From positions 1-58,303 of the IMG/VR virus record IMGVR_UViG_3300003324_000049: a stretch of DNA of 58,303 bases, one strand, 5' to 3'. Position 1 is the first letter of the stretch. Every line of letters starts with the position of its first letter. The notes below the pieces were generated by a model. It saw only the letters and a list, made by a program, of their open reading frames with translations, had not been told where the DNA came from and did not search any database. Positions 9,295-17,760 of the stretch are shown piece by piece. The DNA comes from a virus. Its lineage: Duplodnaviria; Caudoviricetes. A program made the position numbers and the translations under genes.

Positions 9295-9576
9295 TTATTC
9301 CTTCTTGAGCATATCTATGGCGGTTTGCATCGCGTCATTCATCTCTGCCGAATATTCGGTGAGTGACGTAACGGTAACCTTCATCTCAACAAGAGTCTTG
9401 AGGGTCAGCTCTGTCAACTCAATAGTGGCTTCCCTATTCGGTAGTTCGAATTCTTCGGGAAGAGCTTTGAGTGTGGCAAGAGCTTCAACATAAGTCTTGA
9501 TGAGAAGGTCTGCGTTTGACGTCATCTCATGTACTTTCGACATGAAGATGAGTTCGGGCGATTCAACGTTATCCAT
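9295..9576 (-). CDS. Cassette helical/coiled-coil protein
   Basis: RBS GAAAGGA. Confidence 0.75.
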   Translation of the reverse strand: MDNVESPELIFMSKVHEMTSNADLLIKTYVEALATLKALPEEFELPNREATIELTELTLKTLVEMKVTVTSLTEYSAEMNDAMQTAIDMLKKE

Positions 9577-9668
9577 TGTATTTCCTTTCGTAGGGGGTTC
9601 TCATTATAAGGCGTGTAAATCCTACGAAAAAATGAGAAGCCGTGTTAGGGCTTCCCATTTTGAAGTGG

Positions 9669-9872
9669 TTAGTATCGTGCGCGCTGTTTCTGTTCGCGAC
9701 GCTGGACTTCCTTCCTCCAGGTCTTCGCATTGCGTGCTTCGGTAGTGCTCGATATGATCTTGGCAACTGCAAGTGCAGCGGCTGAGAGCACACCGATCGT
9801 TTCCAAAGGACGTTCTTCGAAGGCCTGCAAGAGGCGAGCCTTAGCGTTCTCGTACGTCTTCTTGGCGTTCAT
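9669..9872 (-). CDS. Cassette small membrane protein (MNAKK...)
   Basis: Start after RBS; one hydrophobic segment and a basic tail. Confidence 0.75.
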   Translation of the reverse strand: MNAKKTYENAKARLLQAFEERPLETIGVLSAAALAVAKIISSTTEARNAKTWRKEVQRREQKQRARY

Positions 9873-9960
9873 GATATTCCTTTCATAGGGGGTCTTCATT
9901 ATAAGGAGTGTAGAACTTGCGAAAAATTAGAAGGCCGTGTTAGGGCCTCCTAATTAGGAG

Positions 9961-10209
9961 TTAGTCCTTTTCAGGATCGGGGACAACTTTGAGGTTCTTC
10001 TTGTTCTTGCGAGCTTTCGTGTACTCAAAGACAGCCGTTCCAACCAAATCGCCCAATTTGGCAGTTCCGAGGATGACGCCAACGCAGATAAGTCCGACGG
10101 TGGCACCAACCGCGTAAGAGACAAATTGTTCTTTGGGGGTGTACTTGGGCTGAATGTAGTTCACGACGATTTTGTCGCTGTTTTCAATCAGTTCTTCGAT
10201 GCAATCCAT
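9961..10209 (-). CDS. Cassette small membrane protein (MDCIEE...)
   Basis: Start after RBS; TM segment. Confidence 0.75.
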   Translation of the reverse strand: MDCIEELIENSDKIVVNYIQPKYTPKEQFVSYAVGATVGLICVGVILGTAKLGDLVGTAVFEYTKARKNKKNLKVVPDPEKD

Positions 10210-10303
10210 GATATTTCCTTTCATAGGGGGTTACTTCTTCATTATAAGACATGTAATTTTTGCGAAAAACTAGAAAACCTTGTAGGGTCTTCTAGTCTGA
10301 GAT

Positions 10304-10609
10304 TTAATCAGTTTCTGATGCTAGTTTACGCAAATCTTCAACGTATTGATTCCAGGCTTCCGGCTGCAGCTCCTGCCACGCCATGTATCGCGCATATAGC
10401 ATTCGGCGGAGCGGGTCGATTTCGGGATGTATTATAGCAAGGTATTTCCGAGCTTTTCTAGTTTCATCTCTCAATTTTCGATCTGCACGAAGGGCTTCTA
10501 ACGGATTTGTGATAAGCGGGGTGTAGCTGAGTATGGCTTTGTCTAGGGGACCAATCTCATTCTTGAGGAATTTAAATGCGTTAACAAAAGTTTTAACAGT
10601 TTTAAACAT
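10304..10609 (-). CDS. Cassette hypothetical protein
   Basis: RBS GAAAGGA. Confidence 0.75.
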   Translation of the reverse strand: MFKTVKTFVNAFKFLKNEIGPLDKAILSYTPLITNPLEALRADRKLRDETRKARKYLAIIHPEIDPLRRMLYARYMAWQELQPEAWNQYVEDLRKLASETD

Positions 10610-10688
10610 GATTTCCTTTCATAGGGGTTCTCACTATAAGGGATGTAAATCTGGCGAAAAAAAAGAAGGGCTTGTTAGGCCCTCCTCT

Positions 10689-10844
10689 TTAGTACCGGTT
10701 ATCGTACCGGCGGTCGTAGCGAGGGTGTTCGCAACGATTGTTTCGACGCATTTCGCGAATGAAAATCCAGATGAGCCAGATTCCACCCGTCAGACCTACA
10801 AGGATGAGGTCGAGGATGAAATTCCAGAATCCATATTTCTTCAT
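10689..10844 (-). CDS. Cassette small membrane protein (MKKYGFWNF...)
   Basis: TM hairpin ILDLILVGLTGGIWLIWIF. Confidence 0.75.
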   Translation of the reverse strand: MKKYGFWNFILDLILVGLTGGIWLIWIFIREMRRNNRCEHPRYDRRYDNRY

Positions 10845-10942
10845 GATATGTGTGTTCCTTTCGTTTTGGGGGGTTCTCATTATAGGACGTGTAATTCTTG
10901 CGAAAACAAAAAATAAGAGGCCGTGTAGGCCCCTTATTATGA

Positions 10943-11203
10943 TTACTTTTTCAGGTCTTTAATGAGCATTTCGAACTTGTAGTCTTCATGGGCATCTTCG
11001 TTGACGTGACGCTGTTCTTCTCGTGTCAGATGCGACAGGGCGTGATCGTAGGCACGGTTGAGCACTCGATTCTTCCGTCGGCAGTTAGCCAACTTGAATT
11101 CGAGATCTCTACGTTCCTGATCGATCTTTCCGATCGCGTACAGAGCACTAAAGATTGCGAATACGGCACCAAGAGTCTTGAGGACGATCTTAAAGCTGTT
11201 CAT
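10943..11203 (-). CDS. Cassette membrane-anchored protein (MNSFK...)
   Basis: Start after RBS; N-terminal TM segment. Confidence 0.75.
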   Translation of the reverse strand: MNSFKIVLKTLGAVFAIFSALYAIGKIDQERRDLEFKLANCRRKNRVLNRAYDHALSHLTREEQRHVNEDAHEDYKFEMLIKDLKK

Positions 11204-11293
11204 TGTAGTTCCTTTCATAGTGGGTTCTCACTATAAGGGATGTAAAACTAGCGAAAAAATGAGAAGCCGTGTTCGGGCTTCCCATTCGAGGTA

Positions 11294-11488
11294 CTATTCA
11301 GTCAATTCAGGTGTCTTCTTCTTACCTTCGATTGCTGTGATGATGAAGTCGGATGCGAAGTGTGCAATTACGCTGGCAACTACACCAATAACAATCTTAT
11401 TGGTCATGAAGCGGGCGAGCTTGCGACTTGCACCAACGATTTCGTCGTCAGTAGCGTTTTCGAGTTCGGTAATGAGGGTAGTGGGCAT
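11294..11488 (-). CDS. Cassette small membrane protein (MPTTL...)
   Basis: Start after RBS; one hydrophobic segment. Confidence 0.75.
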   Translation of the reverse strand: MPTTLITELENATDDEIVGASRKLARFMTNKIVIGVVASVIAHFASDFIITAIEGKKKTPELTE

Positions 11489-11574
11489 GATGTTTCCTTT
11501 CATAGTGGGTTCTCATTATAAGACAAGTAATTTTCGCGAAAAATAAGAGACCGTGTTAGGGTCTCCTATTTTGA

Positions 11575-11829
11575 TTACTTCTTCCAGAATTGGAGGCGTT
11601 CCAACAATGGTTTCTTTTCCAGCTGCTTGAGTTCGGTCTCAATTATGGGTAGGTAGATATTACAGTGACGAATCAGATCGTCGAGCTGCCATTCAGCTTG
11701 AGTGTGGATGAATTCACCAATGGTGTTTGTAACATCCGCATCAAGATATTCTTTGAGGCGCTCGTTCTGAGTTTTACGTGTGTATCCAACATGCCATTTG
11801 AGGTCGCGGAGGGCGGCTTTGGGGTCCAT
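11575..11829 (-). CDS. Cassette hypothetical protein (MDPKA...)
   Basis: Start after RBS GAAAGGA. Confidence 0.75.
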   Translation of the reverse strand: MDPKAALRDLKWHVGYTRKTQNERLKEYLDADVTNTIGEFIHTQAEWQLDDLIRHCNIYLPIIETELKQLEKKPLLERLQFWKK

Positions 11830-11926
11830 TTTTAGGGTCCTTTCATAGGGGTTAGTTCTCACTATAGGACGTGTAATCCCCGCGAAAAAAAAAAGGAGGG
11901 CTTGTTAGGCTCTCCTCTTTTGGGTC

Positions 11927-12040
11927 TTACTGTGTAGCCATATGGGCAAATATCGCTAGGACTGTGACGACTAGGAGGTACATCTTTATTGTAAAGAGTT
12001 CTTCTCTATGATCGTGACAGAACATTTTGACTTTGTTCAT
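11927..12040 (-). CDS. Cassette micro-protein, 37 aa, one TM (MNKVKMFCHDH...)
   Basis: Manual translation; RBS GAAAGGA; lies between a promoter and a terminator. Confidence 0.7.
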   Translation of the reverse strand: MNKVKMFCHDHREELFTIKMYLLVVTVLAIFAHMATQ

Positions 12041-12119
12041 GGTTTCCTTTCGTAGGGTTCTCACTATAAGACGTGTAATCCCCGCGAAAAAAAGAAGAAG
12101 GGCTTGTTAGGCCCTCCTC

Positions 12120-12254
12120 TTAGTATACGAACCGATAACCATTCTCAGGTTGAATGTGATGACAGAGGGGTACACCAAAGACAATTGGCGCTGTGCAAGG
12201 TTTGATCTCATCAAGTTGCTTGTAGCACCAATCATCGATGTATTCGTGTTTCAT
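12120..12254 (-). CDS. Cassette micro-protein, 44 aa, Cys/His-containing (MKHEYIDDWC...)
   Basis: Manual translation; RBS GAAAGGA; lies between a promoter and a terminator. Confidence 0.7.
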   Translation of the reverse strand: MKHEYIDDWCYKQLDEIKPCTAPIVFGVPLCHHIQPENGYRFVY

Positions 12255-12343
12255 TTTGTTCCTTTCATAGTTGGTTCATTATAACCAACGTTATTCCTAC
12301 GAAAAAAAATGAGAATCCTTGTTAGGGATTCCCATTTGGGTTG

Positions 12344-12526
12344 TTACTCCTTTTCGGAGGGGACGGCATTCGCCAGCATTTCACGCTGGTTCATTTCATC
12401 TTTCACATCTTCCTTGAATTCCCGGATGGATTCGATTGCGGCTCCGGGGAGGGAGGCAATGACCTTGGGGACAAAGAGGACGGAAGCGATGGCACGAACG
12501 GGCTTGGAGTGCTTGGTGAGTGACAT
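12344..12526 (-). CDS. Cassette small protein (MSLTKHS...)
   Basis: Start after RBS. Confidence 0.72.
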   Translation of the reverse strand: MSLTKHSKPVRAIASVLFVPKVIASLPGAAIESIREFKEDVKDEMNQREMLANAVPSEKE

Positions 12527-12551
12527 TTTGATTCCTTTCATAGGGGTTAAC

Positions 12552-12581
12552 TTCTCATTATAATACGTGTAATTTTTGCGA
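12552..12581 (-). promoter_or_regulatory. Representative cassette promoter TCGCAAAAATTACACGTATTATAATGAGAA
   Basis: More than 20 near-copies, e.g. near 6880, 8245, 8345, 8592, 8915, 9245, 9615, 9910, 10250, 10642, 10890, 11240, 11525, 11870, 12072, 12290, 12900, 13100, 13420, 13890, 44195 and 49095. Confidence 0.85.
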
Positions 12582-12619
12582 AAAAAAAGGAGGGCTTGTT
12601 AGGCTCTCCTCTTTTGGAA

Positions 12620-12859
12620 TTACTTCTTAAAAATCCATTTCCAAAGCGGCTTCTTCACAGGTTCTTCCTCTGCTCGGCTCCAGACTCGGAAGATCATCGC
12701 ACGATTCGCAGCAGCTTTCTTATGCAGCTTTCCGAGCTCCTTCAAGTCATCCATAGTGATGTGCTTGGGGGAGGCCATGAGCAGCTGTTCGAGCTGATCG
12801 ATTTCGTCGAGGGCTTCAGAGTACAGAGTGGCAGCGGTTTCGCGAGTTACTGTAGTCAT
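12620..12859 (-). CDS. Cassette helical protein (MTTVTRE...)
   Basis: Start after RBS. Confidence 0.72.
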   Translation of the reverse strand: MTTVTRETAATLYSEALDEIDQLEQLLMASPKHITMDDLKELGKLHKKAAANRAMIFRVWSRAEEEPVKKPLWKWIFKK

Positions 12860-12952
12860 TTTAGTGTTCCTTTCTAGAGGGTTAATTCTCACTATAAGAC
12901 AGGTAATTTTCGCGAAAAAAAAGAGAATCCATGTTGGATTCTCCCTTGAGGG

Positions 12953-13060
12953 TTATTTCTTGAGGTTCGGGGTGTTCAGTTCTGCACATACGAGGATTGC
13001 TGCGAATTTGGTTTCCCATTCGAGCAGCAGTCGCTGGTTATCGCGCTGGTACTGAGTCAT
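12953..13060 (-). CDS. Cassette micro-protein, 35 aa (MTQYQRD...)
   Basis: Start after RBS GAAAGGA. Confidence 0.65.
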   Translation of the reverse strand: MTQYQRDNQRLLLEWETKFAAILVCAELNTPNLKK

Positions 13061-13152
13061 TTTAGTTCCTTTCAGAGGGGTTTCTTTCTCATTAAAAGGC
13101 ATGTAAAATGTGCGATGCAAAAATGAGAATCCATGTAGGATTCTCATCTTAG

Positions 13153-13377
13153 CTACTTGTTGTAGCTGATGTCGATGATGACGTAATCGTTGGCAAACAT
13201 GTGATGTTCCTTATTAACGTCCAACATGGCCTTCAGCGGCTGGGTTACGTTGCTAGCCGGTGTCCTCTCGAGAATCTCTACATGGCCGCCTTTGACGACG
13301 AACAGAGTTCCGAGAAGCACCAGTGCAACAGCAATGCTGATGAGCAGGGCGTTAAAAAAGTTTTCAACAATCTTCAT
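13153..13377 (-). CDS. Cassette membrane-anchored protein
   Basis: N-terminal TM segment; RBS AAGGA. Confidence 0.72.
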   Translation of the reverse strand: MKIVENFFNALLISIAVALVLLGTLFVVKGGHVEILERTPASNVTQPLKAMLDVNKEHHMFANDYVIIDISYNK

Positions 13378-13571
13378 GATTATTCCTTAATTTGATAGGG
13401 TCTTCTTCTCATAAAAACCCATGTAAATCATGCGATTGTTTTCCCAGAAATTCCCCCCGCGCTTTTTTTCAGAATCGAAAAAATTAAAAGCCATGTAAAA
13501 ATAGAAGCCCTGTGTAAGAGGTTTTAAGTCTTACACAGGACTCCTATTTTGATTACTTGTGGTGGTTCATG

Positions 13572-13856
13572 TTATGGTTTGAACTTTCCAACAAATGCCA
13601 CGGCTTTCGACGAGATGACGTGCAACCGTTCATGCTGAAGGATAGCCACGATACCGACGAGGTTACCACCGACCGCGATCAAAGCGTTCTTGCTCACAGG
13701 TTCGCTCTTCCGTGTGGAGGCGATCTTGTTGAGGCGATCTAGCTGATCGAGGATCTTGTTGTATTCGTCAGTACCGGGAGTTGCTTCATGCAGTGCTTCG
13801 GTTACAAGGCCAATCACCGTTTCGAGTCCGGCAATGTTTTTATCTTTTTTAAACAT
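13572..13856 (-). CDS. Cassette membrane protein (MFKKDK...)
   Basis: RBS GAAAGGAG; C-terminal GNLVGIVAIL..ER.HVISSKA segment; own promoter 13879-13903 and terminator 13498-13550. Confidence 0.75.
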   Translation of the reverse strand: MFKKDKNIAGLETVIGLVTEALHEATPGTDEYNKILDQLDRLNKIASTRKSEPVSKNALIAVGGNLVGIVAILQHERLHVISSKAVAFVGKFKP

Positions 13857-13913
13857 GAGGTCTCCTTTCAAGAGTCTTCATTATAATGCGTGTTTTATCC
13901 GCGAATCCGCTCA

Positions 13914-14300
13914 TCAGGCGGACGGATCGTATCCCTTAATTACCAGCTGGGACTTGTTGAGGAGATCAGAAGCAGAAGTCTCGTTCAGCTGAACTCGAAC
14001 AATCGGTTCGCCAGCTTCATTAATTCCGTCAACAACTGCACCATCAAACCCACCGGGAGGTGTCTCGGTAGACGGTGTGTAACCCCTACGAGCAAGGCTC
14101 AGAACTACACCAAGAAATACCGCAGCACCAGCAAGCGAGCCGGTCACCTCTACGACATTATTCCAATGAAAATAGCCGCCAAGCAGTGCGTAAAACACAC
14201 CAGCCGCAGGGAAGACTTTTTCCAGGATAGCCCGAAAGAAGTCATACTGCGCATCAGACAACTGGACAAATCCAGAATTTGTTGCAGAATGATCTGCCAT
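13914..14300 (-). CDS. Holin (Dp-1-like)
   Basis: LSD..YD...V.PA...FY..L...W two-TM pattern, at the end of the tail module. Confidence 0.7.
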   Translation of the reverse strand: MADHSATNSGFVQLSDAQYDFFRAILEKVFPAAGVFYALLGGYFHWNNVVEVTGSLAGAAVFLGVVLSLARRGYTPSTETPPGGFDGAVVDGINEAGEPIVRVQLNETSASDLLNKSQLVIKGYDPSA

Positions 14301-14305
14301 TTTGA

Positions 14306-14650
14306 TTACTCCTCTTTACGTTCTATACCGTGTTTGACGGGTTCGATACCGGCGAGTATTAGCTGCCTTTGAAGTTTTGCGACGTGCTCTTCAGCTTGAC
14401 GACGTAGTTTATCTGCAGCGTCTCGCTCCGCTTCGGCCTTATCAACCTTTTCATCGCGATCCGCAACCGCATCATTACGTTCTTTAATAGCTGTAGCACG
14501 CTGTTCTGCAAGGGTGGTATTTCTGATTCGCTCACGACCAGCTGCTCCTGAAAGCCACTTGATCAGACCGTTAATCAGAGCCAACAGCGCCGCCCCGCCA
14601 CTCCCCGCACCGAGTGCAGTAATGAGTAGTTTCGCTGTTTCACCATCCAT
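14306..14650 (-). CDS. Membrane-anchored coiled-coil protein (lysis accessory)
   Basis: N-terminal TM plus coiled coil, next to the holin. Confidence 0.65.
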   Translation of the reverse strand: MDGETAKLLITALGAGSGGAALLALINGLIKWLSGAAGRERIRNTTLAEQRATAIKERNDAVADRDEKVDKAEAERDAADKLRRQAEEHVAKLQRQLILAGIEPVKHGIERKEE

Positions 14651-14652
14651 TT

Positions 14653-15105
14653 TTACTCCTCTCGAGGTGCTAACAGGAATTCTCTAATATCCAGCCAGCG
14701 AAGAGCAAAGACAAGAATGAAAATTGTGGGTAGAACAGTAACAAGAATTGATGCGCCAAGAAATACAAGCATTCCCGCGTACATTGCAACACCACCGGCC
14801 ATAGCATATAGACCTGAGCGTTCCAACCACCAAATTCCTGGAAGAACTGCTATGGTGCTCAAGATGGTTCCGCCTACGATAAGTCCCCCAAAGACGTATA
14901 CGAGGAAGAGTCCGAATTCACCTTCGATAGCCCTAGGAGGCCTAAAGAATACAGACGAGCCAAGAATGCCCAATCCGACATAGATTCCAAAATACATGAG
15001 TCGTCGAACTCGTGGTTCGGCAATCTTCATGAAAAGGTATACGAAAGGTATATGAAGACCGGTCTTTTTTAGCGCTTGTTTCATGTTTAGTTTGCTTTCT
15101 TCCAT
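14653..15105 (-). CDS. Four-TM membrane protein (lysis cassette)
   Basis: Four hydrophobic segments. Confidence 0.7.
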   Translation of the reverse strand: MEESKLNMKQALKKTGLHIPFVYLFMKIAEPRVRRLMYFGIYVGLGILGSSVFFRPPRAIEGEFGLFLVYVFGGLIVGGTILSTIAVLPGIWWLERSGLYAMAGGVAMYAGMLVFLGASILVTVLPTIFILVFALRWLDIREFLLAPREE

Positions 15106-15497
15106 TTGCCACCAGACTTGACCCAGGCTTCAGCAACGACCCATTTACCTTTGTATTTAACCATTGGTACAGCTTCTTTCCAGACAGTACCAAGCTTTAC
15201 ACGAGCTCCAGCATCGGTCCTTCGATATATTCGACCGGACCAAGGACCCCATCCTTTAGCATTTCGTCCTCGTACCCAGAAGTAATACACTGTGGCTGGC
15301 TTAAGCCCTCCAACAGAGGTATGACCTCCTGAACGAATATACTTCTGTGGGGTATTGGGATGTGTTCCATACCCAATCTGCCATTCCAGGACTTTTGAGC
15401 CGCCGTCACCGTTACTTTTAAACTTGTAAACAAGTGATGTTGGTGTCGTATCTGTAAAGCCGAGAGGTTCTGGTGCTGGAGGCGTAGTGATTGCCAT
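15087..15497 (-). CDS. Fibronectin type III domain minor tail protein
   Basis: GLKPATVYYFWVRGRNAKGWGPWS FN3 signature. Confidence 0.8.
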   Translation of the reverse strand: MAITTPPAPEPLGFTDTTPTSLVYKFKSNGDGGSKVLEWQIGYGTHPNTPQKYIRSGGHTSVGGLKPATVYYFWVRGRNAKGWGPWSGRIYRRTDAGARVKLGTVWKEAVPMVKYKGKWVVAEAWVKSGGKWKKAN

Positions 15498-15499
15498 AG

Positions 15500-15736
15500 T
15501 TAGATAATCTTGAAGTAGATATCTCCGTCAGAACCACCTGAAGGATTGGCTGTACCCGAAGTGATGCCTGCCCAAACACGTCGAGCAGGTCGGTTCGTGG
15601 GGATAAGTGCTTTAACCAGAGCGATATAGTCTCGAGTTCGGTTAATTTCTCGAGCGCCCCATTTGACTTTACCTTCTTCGCCCGTATCAGGGACGATAGA
15701 ATAGCCAGCTTTCTTAGCGTCAGCTCCGATAGCCAT
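15500..15736 (-). CDS. Small tail protein
   Basis: C-terminal SGTANPSGGSDGDIYFK tail motif. Confidence 0.7.
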   Translation of the reverse strand: MAIGADAKKAGYSIVPDTGEEGKVKWGAREINRTRDYIALVKALIPTNRPARRVWAGITSGTANPSGGSDGDIYFKII

Positions 15737-15760
15737 AGTCGGACTCCCTTCTTAAATATG

Positions 15761-16927
15761 TTACGCAGTCGCCCATGTGTCGGTCCTCTCGGCCCAAGTA
15801 TCGACGTCCACGTTTGTTGCAGCTGCCCACGATCCAACGGTGGCAGTGTTATCGACGACTAGTGTCGGATATGACTTATCGCCTTCTTGATCTGAGCTAA
15901 ATATCTGCTCAGTAACTCGCATTTGACTAGACACACCGTCGGAATTGCGAAGCTCTACGAGATCGCCGAGGAAGTAGTCTCGAGCATATTTATAGGAGCC
16001 TCGTTGAGGGATCTCACCATCAAAAGCAACGACTTTTCTAGCTTTAGCGAGTTCTTCATAAGCCAGCTGTCGTGCGATATCGGTAAGTGCTGTTCCAGTC
16101 TCGTCGCCATCATATTTAACCATCATGACACGACGTTCGAAACCAGATACAGAAGGATCTACACCGGGAGCATAATATACCAGAACACCTGTCTTTGTGA
16201 TGACATAACAGGTGTTCTTATACGTAGCTTCAGAAGAGAGCTCGGAGATATTCTCCAAGTTATTCATCTCGTGGCTAAATATAACCGGTTTGAAGTTAGT
16301 TTGGTAAAGCGTCCGATCATCACCGGTGTAGACGCTAAACCGCAATAGACCTGTGTCACCGATTCTTGTCAAGGAGTAGCCAAAGTCATATGCTTCAGCA
16401 ATTTCCTTGATAGCGGTATAAACAGATTTTGGTTCGATAGTTACGGTGACGACATCGGATGGTTCGGGCCTCGTGTAGGGAGGATTAGGAATGATCGCTT
16501 CCAAGTTGGGAATACGTTCAGTGCTTGAAGGATATCCTGTCCTACAAATCGTGTTGAATATCGTTCTCACGATGTTCATTGGTTTATCAGCTATTGCCCA
16601 GTTAGGGTGCGCTGTGGTACCGACAATTGAGTTGTTGGCAATACGATCGTCGAGAATAGACTCGAGTGATTTACCGGACAAAGTGAGCATATGCTTACCT
16701 TCAGCATCCAGTTTATTTTCGATTGTATCGATCTGCATCACACGAGTCGACTCGTTTAGTGCAAGTCTCGATCCCATGGGAAAGAGTGCGCGATTGGCAG
16801 ACGTTGAGTGAGTCACCAACTCAAAGTCGCCATAAGCTGTATACCTTTCGGTCCAAATAAGTGACTCAAACCTATCGACAACTTCTGATCTTCTCAGAGA
16901 ATCGTCAAGAATATACACCTCCATCAC
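15761..16927 (-). CDS. Minor tail / tail-tip protein (ReqiPepy6 gp37-like)
   Basis: FESLIWTERY..GDFEL and Y.RDYFLGDLV motifs; position after Dit. Confidence 0.8.
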   Translation of the reverse strand: MMEVYILDDSLRRSEVVDRFESLIWTERYTAYGDFELVTHSTSANRALFPMGSRLALNESTRVMQIDTIENKLDAEGKHMLTLSGKSLESILDDRIANNSIVGTTAHPNWAIADKPMNIVRTIFNTICRTGYPSSTERIPNLEAIIPNPPYTRPEPSDVVTVTIEPKSVYTAIKEIAEAYDFGYSLTRIGDTGLLRFSVYTGDDRTLYQTNFKPVIFSHEMNNLENISELSSEATYKNTCYVITKTGVLVYYAPGVDPSVSGFERRVMMVKYDGDETGTALTDIARQLAYEELAKARKVVAFDGEIPQRGSYKYARDYFLGDLVELRNSDGVSSQMRVTEQIFSSDQEGDKSYPTLVVDNTATVGSWAAATNVDVDTWAERTDTWATA

Positions 16928-17760
16928 AAACCTCCGTACTTCGTGGTGTATTCGATCGTATATGGAATTGGAGCCCCAAGGTCGTCAATGAAGACGCGAA
17001 TATAATTCCTACCCGGGAACAGCTGTATCCAATTGGACGTAGGATTCATTCCATAGAGGATTGATTTACTACCATCAACGTCATTGGTTAGGGTCAGGCT
17101 CTTAGCGCCAGAAACAGTACTGATATCCAGTGTGTCTCCAGCACTAAGAGCCTGTTCGAACTCAAGCGCAGAAAGCGTATTGTTCGCAGAGCGGTGGTAG
17201 ATCATGAATTCCGGAACTGCTCGATCCATCGTGATGTTGAACAGAATTCCGGTTTCCACTGTACCGCTGTAGTCGATGACTGTCTCGATAACGTCGTTGG
17301 TTGTGAAACCTTCAACAACTCTCGAGTCAATCTCGTAGAAATCCGAAAGAAGGCAGCGGATACCAATCGTTGCTTCAATTTCTGGAACGTACAGGGGGCA
17401 ATCGAAAGACTCGACTACCCCCTGAATGTCCACGAATTCCACATCCATCTCATCGTCATAGAAACGAAGTGTTACAGTCATTTCAGGCATGAGATATTTG
17501 TAGAGATTGTTTCGAAGCTGGCGTCCCGTTCCGTTATTCCCGCCGGGCTCGAGAACCAGTTTAAAGATAAGGTCTCGAGCCTCTCGACGAGTGGAATGGA
17601 ACTGCTCACCATCAACATTAGCGAAACTCGATGAAACAATTACGGCTTTAACCGGGTCAGTCCCATCGATATCCCTGACTGTATATCCCTCGGAATCATC
17701 ATCCAGGGGAAGCTCCAACACATCACCCTGAGCGGTGATAACGTCAACTTTGTTTAACAT
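16924..17760 (-). CDS. Distal tail (Dit-like) protein
   Basis: Immediately after the tape measure gene; WIQLFPGRN motif. Confidence 0.8.
   Translation of the reverse strand: MLNKVDVITAQGDVLELPLDDDSEGYTVRDIDGTDPVKAVIVSSSFANVDGEQFHSTRREARDLIFKLVLEPGGNNGTGRQLRNNLYKYLMPEMTVTLRFYDDEMDVEFVDIQGVVESFDCPLYVPEIEATIGIRCLLSDFYEIDSRVVEGFTTNDVIETVIDYSGTVETGILFNITMDRAVPEFMIYHRSANNTLSALEFEQALSAGDTLDISTVSGAKSLTLTNDVDGSKSILYGMNPTSNWIQLFPGRNYIRVFIDDLGAPIPYTIEYTTKYGGL

Larger units (their letters stand above)
8150..13903 (-). repeat. Tandem array of about 20 promoter-RBS-gene-terminator cassettes
   Basis: Each intergenic unit reads, on the minus strand: hairpin with a (C)TAACA(C/A) or TACA loop, T-tract, TCGCR-N5-6-WACAY-N3-TATAATGAGAA, CCCC, GAAAGGA, ATG. 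Confidence 0.92.

Noticed and set aside
8610-13150. True integron attC sites (GCCTAAC after stop codons resembles the RYYYAAC inverse core)
   Set aside because: No matching GTTRRRY core closes an attC-type fold on the same strand, the hairpins have terminator T-tracts, and no tyrosine recombinase is encoded
8968-13871. Longest-ORF starts for cassette genes (e.g. 9246, 9899, 10880, 11862, 12892)
   Set aside because: These starts lie within the promoter or RBS; the downstream ATGs after GAAAGGA are the credible starts
8150-13903. CRISPR array interpretation of the repeats
   Set aside because: The repeats are degenerate promoter/terminator units, the intervening sequences are 100-300 nt ORFs with an RBS, and no cas operon is present
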